A stretch of DNA of 64,000 nucleotides, taken from contig CAVSQB010000009.1 in assembly GCA_963729895.1 (NCBI GenBank), positions 64,001 through 128,000 of the forward strand. Direction: 5' to 3'. The notes beneath the pieces were generated by a model, which was not told where the DNA came from, ran no database searches, and was given only the letters and a program-made list of their open reading frames with translations. The DNA comes from an uncultured Fibrobacterota bacterium. Its GTDB lineage: Bacteria > Fibrobacterota > Chitinivibrionia > Chitinivibrionales > FEN-1185. The translations under genes and the position numbers were made by a program. Shown here in pieces: positions 48,248 to 57,097 of the stretch (its first letter is position 1; each line of letters starts with the position of its first letter).

Positions 48248-49008
48248 CCACACGGCCCCTTTGTTTCTGTGCCGCCCTGATCTTCTCTTTTCTCGTACCC
48301 GAAAGGGCGGTTTCCGCTCCGGTAAATTTCTGGTTTGAAAAGGCCAATACGCTGTACGAGCATCAGTCGTATGACAGCGCCGCCTATTATTACGAACAAA
48401 TCCTTTCGTCGGGGCTTTCAAACAGCGCCGTCTATTACAATCTTGGGAACTCGTATTTCAGGCTGAAAAAGGTTGGGCTTGCATTGCTTGCCTACGAAAG
48501 GGCGCACCGGCTTTCTCCGAACGATGCGGAGATTGTTGCAAACATCAAGTTCGCGACCTCTGCCATCATCGACCGCATTCCGGCGCCGGAGCAGACCTTT
48601 TTTGAAACTGCGTTGCAGCGGCTCCACAGGCTTCTATCTCTCAATGTGCAATTATGGCTCCTTTTTTTTCTGCTGCTTTCTCTTGCGATTCTCTTTGCCG
48701 CAAGCTTGTACGCATCGCAAAATGCAAGGCTGTGGATCGTGTATCTGTCGTGTCTGCTGCTCCTTGTCACGGGCGCAGTCGGGGCATCGGCGGGCATCAA
48801 GATTTATAATAGCGAACGCGTCGAATATGCCATTGTGCTCTCTCCCTCGCTTGATGCGAAAAACGAGCCGAACGGCGCCAAGGTCATTTTCACCGTGCAC
48901 GAGGGAACAAAATTCCGGGTCCACAAATCCGTGAACGACTGGTCGTACGTGAGCCTTCCCACGGGACTCAGCGGGTGGGTTCTCAGCTCGTCAATCGGAA
49001 AGATCTAG
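48244..49008 (+). CDS. batE: BatE TPR + SH3-like protein
   Basis: 'YYNLGNSYF', two TMs, 'HEGTK', 'GWV'. Confidence 0.88.
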   Translation: MTTRPLCFCAALIFSFLVPERAVSAPVNFWFEKANTLYEHQSYDSAAYYYEQILSSGLSNSAVYYNLGNSYFRLKKVGLALLAYERAHRLSPNDAEIVANIKFATSAIIDRIPAPEQTFFETALQRLHRLLSLNVQLWLLFFLLLSLAILFAASLYASQNARLWIVYLSCLLLLVTGAVGASAGIKIYNSERVEYAIVLSPSLDAKNEPNGAKVIFTVHEGTKFRVHKSVNDWSYVSLPTGLSGWVLSSSIGKI

Positions 49009-49135
49009 CGGAAAGTCGCCTCGGCGGCATTGCCCGGTGATGTCCGGCCAAAGACGGGGCGTGAGGGTGGCGCAAAGTTCTTCCGGTTGCGATACATGCG
49101 CTTGGAAAATCGGACCCCAGCAGGGCAATTGCTCC

Positions 49136-49936
49136 ATGAAGTTCTGCGTGCTCAGAAGCGGATCGAGCGCAAACTGTACGTTTGTCGAGCACGGTCCGAC
49201 TCGCCTGCTCTTGGATGCCGGCGGCATGAGCCAGCGCGCATTACGCGCGGTCCTGTCGGAAATAAACGTCTCATTCGGCGACATTCACGCCGTCCTGGTG
49301 ACCCACCTTCATTCCGACCATCTCAACCGGAATGCGATTCTCCTGTGTGCCGGCCACGGCGTGCCAATGTACATTCACGAATCCAACATTAACGAACTCA
49401 ATCCTGTCGAGATCGCCGGCGTTCGCATCGTTCCCTATGCCTGCCGTGAATTCGCCGTGGGCGCTCTCCGCTTCACGGCCTTTGCCGTGGACCACGACGC
49501 CGCAAATCTCACGTGCGGATTCACGTTCTGGCCGGGCGATGCTCCTGGTTGCCGGGTGGCTTTTGCCACCGACCTCGGCTGTTTTCCCGACGCCATGGTG
49601 CGGCACTTCGTTGACTGCGCGTGCGTGGTCCTGGAAGCCAATCACGATACCGGGCTGCTTTGGAACAACCCACGCAGGCCATTTCTTCACAAGCGCCGCG
49701 TCGCCGCCGATACGGGGCACCTTTCGAACGAACAGGCCGCGCAAGCTCTTGTCAAGATATGTTCGGCATCGCGCCGTCTCCCTCGCTCCATTGTCTTGTC
49801 GCATTTGAGCAAAGACCACAATTCACCCGAACTGGCGCTCAGCCACGTCGGCGTCAGGCTCGAGGCCGCCGGTTTTTCTCCAAGACTCCTTGTTGCTTCC
49901 CGGGAAAAACGGATGGAGTTTATCGAGTGCGGATGA
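49136..49936 (+). CDS. MBL-fold metallo-hydrolase (YycJ/WalJ-like)
   Basis: 'SGSSAN', THLHSDH, 'HDA', 'TDLG', 'EANHD', 'GHLSN', 'HLS'. Confidence 0.88.
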   Translation: MKFCVLRSGSSANCTFVEHGPTRLLLDAGGMSQRALRAVLSEINVSFGDIHAVLVTHLHSDHLNRNAILLCAGHGVPMYIHESNINELNPVEIAGVRIVPYACREFAVGALRFTAFAVDHDAANLTCGFTFWPGDAPGCRVAFATDLGCFPDAMVRHFVDCACVVLEANHDTGLLWNNPRRPFLHKRRVAADTGHLSNEQAAQALVKICSASRRLPRSIVLSHLSKDHNSPELALSHVGVRLEAAGFSPRLLVASREKRMEFIECG

Positions 49937-50009
49937 AGGGAATCAAGATACGCTCACTCCAAAGGATGCGAAGAGTAAAAGACGGGGTTACTTCTTGACA
50001 TTCTTGGTC

Positions 50010-50102
50010 GCCCCCTAAATCCCCCGAAGGGGGACTCGAACGAAATTAGGTTTGTCGCAAGGGCGGTTTCCATTAAGTCCCCCTTCGGGGGATTTAGGGG
50101 GC
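50010..50102. repeat. REP-like inverted repeat pair (27-bp perfect arms)
   Basis: GCCCCCTAAATCCCCCGAAGGGGGACT (50010-50036) and its reverse complement (50076-50102); each arm has an internal CCCCC-GAA-GGGGG hairpin; between convergent genes. Confidence 0.85.
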
Positions 50103-50112
50103 CGGGAAATTC

Positions 50113-50928
50113 TCACGTCTTCTTCAATCGTTCCCATTCGCGCGCCACAGCGTCCTCGTCGTTGGTCCATTCCGATACGTGCGTTGCGGCAGCCTTGGCG
50201 TCCAGGGAAGCGTTTCTGAGGGCTACGGCCGTGTGCGCGGCGGCAAACATGGGGATATCGTTGTTGGCGTCGCCGAACGCCGCAACATCGGCCAGATCGA
50301 CGCCGTAGGCGCGCGCCAGGGCGGCAAGGCCCTTGCCCTTGTCTGCCTGAGGACTCATGAATTCGAGATAATAGTCCCACGTTCGCACGATGTACAGCTC
50401 GTTTCCCCATCGCCGCCGCTGCTCGTGCTCCTCTTTATCAAGAACCGCCGGGTCGCCAACGAAAATAATTTTGAACGGCGATCGGCCCCGCATACCGGTC
50501 AGCGAGTCGAGCACGTGATACTCCGACGCGGTCTGCGCGTAATACAGGTCGTTCCACTTTGCGGTCTTCTCCGTGCGTACCGTGTACAGCATCCCGTCTA
50601 TATAGTAGTTGACGGCGAATTCCCGGTGTTCGGAGTGACGTACAAGCGCGTCGGCATGCAGGGACGGAAGCGGCGCGGCATGGACAAGAGCCGAGCCGCG
50701 GTCCGCCCCGGTGTACACTGCAGCGCCGTTAAGCGTCAGCAGGGCCGGAGCGCAGGCCAGGCCATGGGCGTATTGCATCATACTCGATCCAAGCCGTCCC
50801 GACGCCAGCACCACCACGGCCCCGCAGCGTGCCATGTCTTCCAGCGCGGCCTTGTTGGCCCGGGACAGGCGCTTATCTGATGTCAAGAGGGTTCCGTCGA
50901 GATCGAATGCCAGGAGTCGAGGGGGCAT
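50113..50928 (-). CDS. Cof-type HAD-IIB hydrolase
   Basis: DLDGTLL, ASGR, 'DKGKGL', 'FGDANND'. Confidence 0.93.
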   Translation of the reverse strand: MPPRLLAFDLDGTLLTSDKRLSRANKAALEDMARCGAVVVLASGRLGSSMMQYAHGLACAPALLTLNGAAVYTGADRGSALVHAAPLPSLHADALVRHSEHREFAVNYYIDGMLYTVRTEKTAKWNDLYYAQTASEYHVLDSLTGMRGRSPFKIIFVGDPAVLDKEEHEQRRRWGNELYIVRTWDYYLEFMSPQADKGKGLAALARAYGVDLADVAAFGDANNDIPMFAAAHTAVALRNASLDAKAAATHVSEWTNDEDAVAREWERLKKT

Positions 50929-50980
50929 GAATGAACCTGCGGTTCCGAGACGCCCCGGGGAGGAGCGGACTTGGTTTATG

Positions 50981-52828
50981 TCAATGAGTCACGTTCGCCA
51001 AATACTGTTCACGGTAGAAAAACAGTTTGGGGTCGGTGAACTTGTAATAATTGTTCCCGAAATCGATGCCGTCGGTCCCCACCGTCCGCACGCCGTAGCC
51101 TACATGCACGTGCGGCCCGCTTGTTTCGCCCGTAAGGCCGATCGTGCCGACTACCGTGCCCTGCTTTACGCTCTGCCCCGTTTGGAAAAAACGCCTGTCC
51201 ATGTGGGAAAAGGTGAGTATCATCCCTTCGCGTGCGACGCCGAGCGTATGGCCGGCAGACCTGCTTTCCCGGTTTACCACCATTCCGTCAATGGGGGTAA
51301 TGATATTTGATCCGAGGCGCGCGGCGACATCAATGCCGTAGTGCGGCGTTCCGCCTCCCATGCCGCGATCGCACCAATCGCCGGTCACGTAGGAAAAAGG
51401 ATCATCAACCATGGACATGAAATATTCGTACACCGGAAGCAATTGTTTCTCCCGCGGGTTCACGATGTCCGACGGAGGATAAAAGACGATAGTAACGCCG
51501 GGAGCAACCTCATCGGCGGCGGGTAACCGCGGTTCGCCGGGCACACGCGTTCTGTTGTAGACATTCACCACTTCCTCAGCGTAGCGCTGAATGTCCTCCG
51601 GGCCGGGCACCATTGCCCGGTACCGGCAAATGGCGTATTTTGCGTATTTGTGAAGAGATTCCCCAGGCAGGAAGGTATGGGAGATAAGCGGCTGAGACGG
51701 TTCCACGAGCTGTTGCGGCGCAACGGGACGCGGCGCACGTGCGTTTGTTGCGGGAATATTAAGACCCAAGACCGTGACAATCAGGCCGGCCGCAACCAGC
51801 CTTGGGATAAATCGGGGCAGGGTATTGATACGCTGCGCCAGCGGCGGGGCGGTCTTTGGCGGCGGACTGTTGAGCACATACTGGACCCGGCGCGCCAATT
51901 CTTCGAACGCCCTGGTTGCGGCGCTGTACTGGTGAAACTCATGAATGGTCTTCCCTTCGTCTTGTGCGTCCCGGATGACCGCGGATTCGGGGATTTCCAG
52001 ATCGAACATCACCGATTGCGGTATTGTTGAAAGGCCCACTCTGGTCTTGAAATGCACCTGTTCGCACAAGCCGTCCAGATACCTTCGGTTCTCGCTCATG
52101 GTGCGGGTCTTGCCTTTTATTTTCGAATCTTCCCTGCCGAACACCTCATTCTTGATGATTCGCACGCGCACCGTGGGGTTCCTGCGCGCCAGCATCTTAA
52201 CATTGCGGAAATAATCCTTGAGGCTTTTGGTCGCCAGCGCATTGAGCGTTACGGGAATCAGATTGAGGCTGCTCCGCGTGTACAGCGCTTTAGTCACCGT
52301 ATTCCATACCGACGGAGTGTCGATCACAATGTACTTGTAGCAGGTGCGGCACAGTTCGAGGTTGTACAGGAAGTTCTGGAGATGAAAGAAAAAGACGGGC
52401 TTAAACAGATCGGAATTTGCCGGAAGAAGGTCGAGGCAAGGATGAATGTTGGTTGCAATCCGGGTGACCTCGCCGTGACCGACAATCTGAGACAACAAAC
52501 GGGACTCGGCCCGGCCAAGACAATCTGCAGCCCGTGCGGCAAGAGTGCCCTTCGCCCCGCGGGCCGAATGGCGTCCGTGCGAAAACCGCCTGCAAAACAA
52601 CTGCCACGAGGAATTCTGCACTGCTCCCGGATCTTTTCCCAGGGCGACGGTGGCACTTCCCTGCACGTCCAGATCGATGAGCAGGGTTGGTCCTCTTCTT
52701 GAAAACGCCGAAGCAAGGTTGGTGGCGACGGTGGATTTGCCGACCCCTCCCTTGATATTGGCAACATGAATTATCCCGCCGGCGTCGCTGTCGGCGAACA
52801 CGAGCGTCTTCCGGACCAGGCTGCCCAT
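50981..52828 (-). CDS. ParA/MinD-family ATPase fused via a TM helix to a LysM-like domain and an M23 peptidase
   Basis: KGGVGKST, LIDLDVQG, IVIDTP; TM 'LVAAGLIVTVLGL'; M23 'HYGID' and 'GPHVH'. Confidence 0.85.
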   Translation of the reverse strand: MGSLVRKTLVFADSDAGGIIHVANIKGGVGKSTVATNLASAFSRRGPTLLIDLDVQGSATVALGKDPGAVQNSSWQLFCRRFSHGRHSARGAKGTLAARAADCLGRAESRLLSQIVGHGEVTRIATNIHPCLDLLPANSDLFKPVFFFHLQNFLYNLELCRTCYKYIVIDTPSVWNTVTKALYTRSSLNLIPVTLNALATKSLKDYFRNVKMLARRNPTVRVRIIKNEVFGREDSKIKGKTRTMSENRRYLDGLCEQVHFKTRVGLSTIPQSVMFDLEIPESAVIRDAQDEGKTIHEFHQYSAATRAFEELARRVQYVLNSPPPKTAPPLAQRINTLPRFIPRLVAAGLIVTVLGLNIPATNARAPRPVAPQQLVEPSQPLISHTFLPGESLHKYAKYAICRYRAMVPGPEDIQRYAEEVVNVYNRTRVPGEPRLPAADEVAPGVTIVFYPPSDIVNPREKQLLPVYEYFMSMVDDPFSYVTGDWCDRGMGGGTPHYGIDVAARLGSNIITPIDGMVVNRESRSAGHTLGVAREGMILTFSHMDRRFFQTGQSVKQGTVVGTIGLTGETSGPHVHVGYGVRTVGTDGIDFGNNYYKFTDPKLFFYREQYLANVTH

Positions 52829-52839
52829 TGCCCTCCCTC

Positions 52840-53193
52840 TTAAACGCTGTGCGACACCGCATCAATTATCGATTCGACTTCGGAAGGCTTTTGAAGAACG
52901 TAGTCTTTCTCGTGCCTGTTCCTGTCGCCAAGAGCCACAAAATTCTCCGGTGCATTGTAGAAAACTACCGGGACGTTTTCGATCTTCTTTCCGATCTGGA
53001 AATATGAATACATCGACCTGCCGTGATGCCAGGTGTCCACGTCCAGCAGGATGAGGCCGGGCAGAGAATTGTTCACCGCACCGAAAAAATCGTTGCATGT
53101 GCCGCATTGCACAACTTTGTAGCGACGTTTTTCGAGAATTTCCGCGAGTTTTGCTTTGCGGCTTTTCACTTCGTCCAGAATAAGAACGTCCAT
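52840..53193 (-). CDS. Atypical single-domain response regulator (receiver)
   Basis: GAGGAGG RBS; 'VLILDE', 'LILLD', 'VPVVFYN', 'LQKP'. Confidence 0.75.
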   Translation of the reverse strand: MDVLILDEVKSRKAKLAEILEKRRYKVVQCGTCNDFFGAVNNSLPGLILLDVDTWHHGRSMYSYFQIGKKIENVPVVFYNAPENFVALGDRNRHEKDYVLQKPSEVESIIDAVSHSV

Positions 53194-53424
53194 TGCGATT
53201 CCTCCTCTTTTTTTCGTTTGGGCGCTTTTGCCCAATGGTTATTTCGGATTTGCCCGGGCACTTTCCTAACGCCCCTCAGAACTTTTCGTGTTTTGCGTCA
53301 ACAATGAGGTCTTCGTTTGCGATTTGTCGAGTAAGTGAGACGGACCCACCCGTAACGCAACGGGCTATTCTCACGCGGGAAAAACTCAGAAGGATTTTTG
53401 CCCGGTCACCTGCCCTCCGGCGTC

Positions 53425-54114
53425 TCACTTGGACGGTGATTCATCGATTTCTCGTGCCAGATTCTCCGCCTTTTGTTTGAAAGCGGCTGCCTGGGAAGTA
53501 GTGTCCGACACGATCCGGCTGCAGTAACGTTTGGCGTCGCCGCCGCGGCCAACCTCTTTGCTTATGAGAGCGGCCTTCCATTCGATGGCCGGGAACCGGT
53601 AGGCCAGTCGAGAGTCCTCCAGCGCCTTGGCAAGATATTTCAGCGCTTCGTCGCGATTGCCCTTGGCCTCGTAGCAATCGGCAAGCCCCTCATGGGCGTC
53701 GCCCGACACAAAACCGGCCTTCGAATTACCGGAGGCCGCCGTGGTAAACCACGTAATGGCTTCGTCGTATTTTTCCTGGCGCAAGAACATGGACCCGAGC
53801 AGAAACGCGCTATATGCGGCCTGGGGTGAGATTTTGCTGTTGTCAACAACGGTCCTGAATCCCTCAATGGCTTTTCTTTCGTCACCGGCCGCATAAGCAA
53901 CCATTGCTCTGCCGAAAGCATCCTGGGCTTTTGCCTCGCCGGTCCGCTGCAGATACCCATACACCAGAAAGCCTGCCACCAACAGGCACAGAACGATACC
54001 CGCCCCCATGAGTGAATTACTTTTTGCGATGGAGAACTCTTTTGCTTTCGCAAGAAAGTCGATAAAAGGGTCTTTTCGAATTTCCTGTTTCTTCTTGCTG
54101 TACTTTATTTCCAA
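53425..54114 (-). CDS. Membrane-anchored TPR protein (YfgM-like)
   Basis: GGAGG RBS before TTG; 'KQEIRKDPF', one TM, TPR repeats. Confidence 0.75.
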   Translation of the reverse strand: MEIKYSKKKQEIRKDPFIDFLAKAKEFSIAKSNSLMGAGIVLCLLVAGFLVYGYLQRTGEAKAQDAFGRAMVAYAAGDERKAIEGFRTVVDNSKISPQAAYSAFLLGSMFLRQEKYDEAITWFTTAASGNSKAGFVSGDAHEGLADCYEAKGNRDEALKYLAKALEDSRLAYRFPAIEWKAALISKEVGRGGDAKRYCSRIVSDTTSQAAAFKQKAENLAREIDESPSK

Positions 54115-54303
54115 AATGTCCTCCCAATGCCGCCATTGAATTTGGTGTGCCGACAGCCAAACTTATAAAATACATTCCTGCTTCGCGTCCGTTCAAGAAT
54201 CCGGCACGGCGGCATAGCAGGCCGGCAGGGACGCGCAACCTGTTCCTTGACTTTTTTCCAAATCAATCGCTTGTTCTCATTTTCAGCTACACCGGCTCCC
54301 AAA

Positions 54304-54342
54304 CAAAAAAGGCAGGATGAGAGCGTCACCCTGCCTTTTTTG
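54304..54342. terminator. Intrinsic terminator (bidirectional type)
   Basis: CAAAAAAGGCAGG...CCTGCCTTTTTTG hairpin with A and T tracts, just downstream of the 54366 gene. Confidence 0.85.
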
Positions 54343-54365
54343 ACTTTTGAGAACAGATCGAAGTG

Positions 54366-55553
54366 TTACTGCGCCGGCTTCCAGGTTACGTCATCAATCA
54401 TGTAGGTTTCACCGGAGGTATACGCCTCGCCGGTTGCAGCCGGGCAGACAAAAGCGACATAATAGGTGATGTTGGTCATGACAATCGGACCAAAATCCGT
54501 GAAAGGAATCTCGCATAGGTGCCAGTTGCCGTCTCCGGCCACATAGCCATAATTGGCAAGGTCGACGACCTGTGCGGCCTTGACGTTCCATGTCACTTCA
54601 ACACCGATACTTTGCGCGTTGCCCTTCACATACATATGGAGCTTCCCGCCCGTATAGCCGGACATGTCTACGCCGGCCGTATCCGTTGGCGCAATGCCCC
54701 AGCCGGACCAGCCCAGTGTTCCACCGGTGATTAGGGCGCATTTGGTGCCTTCCTCCTTGTCGCCGGTGTATGCAAGGTTCAATGTCGTCGCGTGCGAAGA
54801 AGTGTCGCCGACAACCGCCTGGTCCCAGACATACACTTTCGCCAAGGCCCAATTCAGGTTATTCGTGGTCCGTTCGGAAATTATTCCAAGCTCTTTCGCC
54901 GGAGTGATTGCCGTCACCGGAAGAATTTGATTGGTAAGCGTGTACGAAGTGATATACTTCTTGAAGGTCACATACATTGTTTTTGATGCAACAAGGGTAT
55001 CCGAAATGTCCAGCCGCTTGGCAAGTCCCTGCGCCCCGTTGGCGCCTAAAGCCCTCAGGCCCGAAAATGAGGAATTCTTTTCGCACACGGCCATCGCAAA
55101 AGTAGCGGACGCGGCGCCAACCCGCAGTCTCACCACATTGAACGAGGACGCAACAAGGCCGAAGGCCGGCGTGTAGGAGTATGCGCCTCTTGCCAGATAA
55201 GTATGGACCGCGTGAGACAGGATGCGGCCGTTCAAATCGTATATGTCAACGGCAACTTTTTCCGTTCCATTCGCGACTGAGAAACGGATACTGTTTCCGA
55301 TCTTGACGGGTGCAATGTCGCCGGACTCGCCGATGGCGGCCCGCACGCCCGTGGCGCCCGTCAGCGTGTACAGGCCCTGGCTGTCGGTAGTGGTGGAGTA
55401 GCCTGCTTCGACAAGGCTCACCGTTGCTCCCGGAACACCGTTGCCGTTTCCATCAATAACCGTGCCCGAGATACTGATCTGCGCATGGGCCGAAAAGACC
55501 ACGGCAGCCGCACCTACAAACGCGCACAGAACCTTTGCTTTGTTTGAAAACAT
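54366..55553 (-). CDS. Secreted protein: carboxypeptidase-regulatory-like Ig + internal T9SS/FlgD-like module + CBM-like domain
   Basis: Signal peptide; 'ISGTVID..G..VPGATV', 'DIYDLNGR', 'WSGWGI...DMSGY..GKLHMYVKG...W...EIPFTDF'. Confidence 0.7.
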   Translation of the reverse strand: MFSNKAKVLCAFVGAAAVVFSAHAQISISGTVIDGNGNGVPGATVSLVEAGYSTTTDSQGLYTLTGATGVRAAIGESGDIAPVKIGNSIRFSVANGTEKVAVDIYDLNGRILSHAVHTYLARGAYSYTPAFGLVASSFNVVRLRVGAASATFAMAVCEKNSSFSGLRALGANGAQGLAKRLDISDTLVASKTMYVTFKKYITSYTLTNQILPVTAITPAKELGIISERTTNNLNWALAKVYVWDQAVVGDTSSHATTLNLAYTGDKEEGTKCALITGGTLGWSGWGIAPTDTAGVDMSGYTGGKLHMYVKGNAQSIGVEVTWNVKAAQVVDLANYGYVAGDGNWHLCEIPFTDFGPIVMTNITYYVAFVCPAATGEAYTSGETYMIDDVTWKPAQ

Positions 55554-55930
55554 CAAGCCGCTCCTTGTTTAGGGTTTATGAACAAAAAGAATCCTTGTTG
55601 CCACGTAATAATTTTTAGGAGTCAAATATAATAGAAACGGCGTATCTTTAACAACACAAAACTGATGCGTGAAGAGCGGGATCATGGCTGTTTTTTCATC
55701 TCAGCACCGCCTGACGAATCGGGCAAGTAACAAACGCTACCTTTTTTTCCTGACTTGCCGTGATTCAACCCGTATATTCCATGGTTGAGGATTCCCGCTC
55801 GAGGACGCTCTGTCGCAAGAACCTTGGCCCAGCGGGATACGCCGAGAAACGGCTGATTGTGTTTTCGGTTCTTTCCCTGCAGCGAAAATTACCGTATTTT
55901 CTAGTGGTGCTAGTTCCATGGAGGCAAATT

Positions 55931-56767
55931 ATGTTCCATTCAAGAACAATTGTCCTGGCCTGTTTGCTCATTTCAATCGGGCTGATCTGCCAAGCAAACG
56001 GCCAAACGTACCGCAACATTGCCCTCAACCCGAACGACGTCCGCGCGACGGGACACGGATTTCCCCATGCATCGTCGAACAGCGAATACCCATGCAACTA
56101 CGACACCACCCCGAATTGCGTTCCAAACAACCAATACATCGCATTGAACGCCATCAACGGAGACACGAACAATACGAGTGAAACCGCATATCCATCTTGG
56201 GGGCCCAACCTCACTTTTGCCGGGTTGTGGTGGAAGGTTGATTTCGGCCACGACGTGAGTGTTGACAAGGTAAAAATCTGGGTACGCGCCGACTGGTCGG
56301 GCGGTCACGACAGCTACTGGAAGCGCGCGACCCTCGTCTTCACAAATGGCACGCGGGACACGATAGCGATCGATTCGCTCAAGACCGGACAGGAATTCCC
56401 GTTTGCAAGCCGGATCACGCAATCGGTGACAATTACCGATTTCGTGGCGAGCAATCCTGCAAAGTGGTGCGCATTCGCCGAAGTCCAGGTGTGGGGATAC
56501 GATCCGCCGACGTCCGCCAAACCGGCCATGACGAGTGCGCCCAATTTCCACGTCGCCGATGCCGGCGTCGTCTGCTCCGTGCCGGACGTTTCATCACTTC
56601 GCCTGCACGTGCCGGACAAGGTTGTTCGCGTGGAATTGTTTTCGGTTCTCGGCAGAAAAGTTTGGGGATGTGAATGCAAGGCCGGTCCAAACGGCTCGTT
56701 TGTTTCGATTCCGCCCGACCTGCGGGCCGGCATCTTCTACGCTAAGTACTTTACACACAGTAATTGA
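55931..56767 (+). CDS. Secreted discoidin/galactose-binding-like protein with a T9SS-like C-terminus
   Basis: GGAGG RBS; 'RNIALNP', 'NAINGD', 'WWKVDFG..VSVDKVKI', 'AEVQVWG', 'ELFSVLGR...GIFY'. Confidence 0.7.
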   Translation: MFHSRTIVLACLLISIGLICQANGQTYRNIALNPNDVRATGHGFPHASSNSEYPCNYDTTPNCVPNNQYIALNAINGDTNNTSETAYPSWGPNLTFAGLWWKVDFGHDVSVDKVKIWVRADWSGGHDSYWKRATLVFTNGTRDTIAIDSLKTGQEFPFASRITQSVTITDFVASNPAKWCAFAEVQVWGYDPPTSAKPAMTSAPNFHVADAGVVCSVPDVSSLRLHVPDKVVRVELFSVLGRKVWGCECKAGPNGSFVSIPPDLRAGIFYAKYFTHSN

Positions 56768-57097
56768 CATCACGAGACAACGGTGCGGTCGCCGGAAAGC
56801 GGTACACGCCGCCCGCTGGGCACCCGTGGCCTGAGGTTACACGATTAACCCGGATCTTTATCCACCCGACAAAAAAAAGCACTACGCGCCCTTTTTCATT
56901 ATATTAGAATTCTGGGGAGGGGCGGACTGGGATTTCACCGCCGGGTATCTTGCAAAAAGAGACGGGGACCCGTTGGTGGGAATCAATCTTCTTGAATTTC
57001 ATTTTTGCTGTCGCCGATTGTCGGTTCGTTGTCAATCCTTCATTCCGTCTTCCCTGTATCACGTTGCACACCGCCGCACGTCCACAGAAATCTACCA

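Noticed and set aside
50981..53424. Chromosome partition locus (parABS)
   Set aside because: No parB and no parS-like TGTTTCACGTGAAACA seen; the ATPase is fused to a membrane-anchored peptidase.
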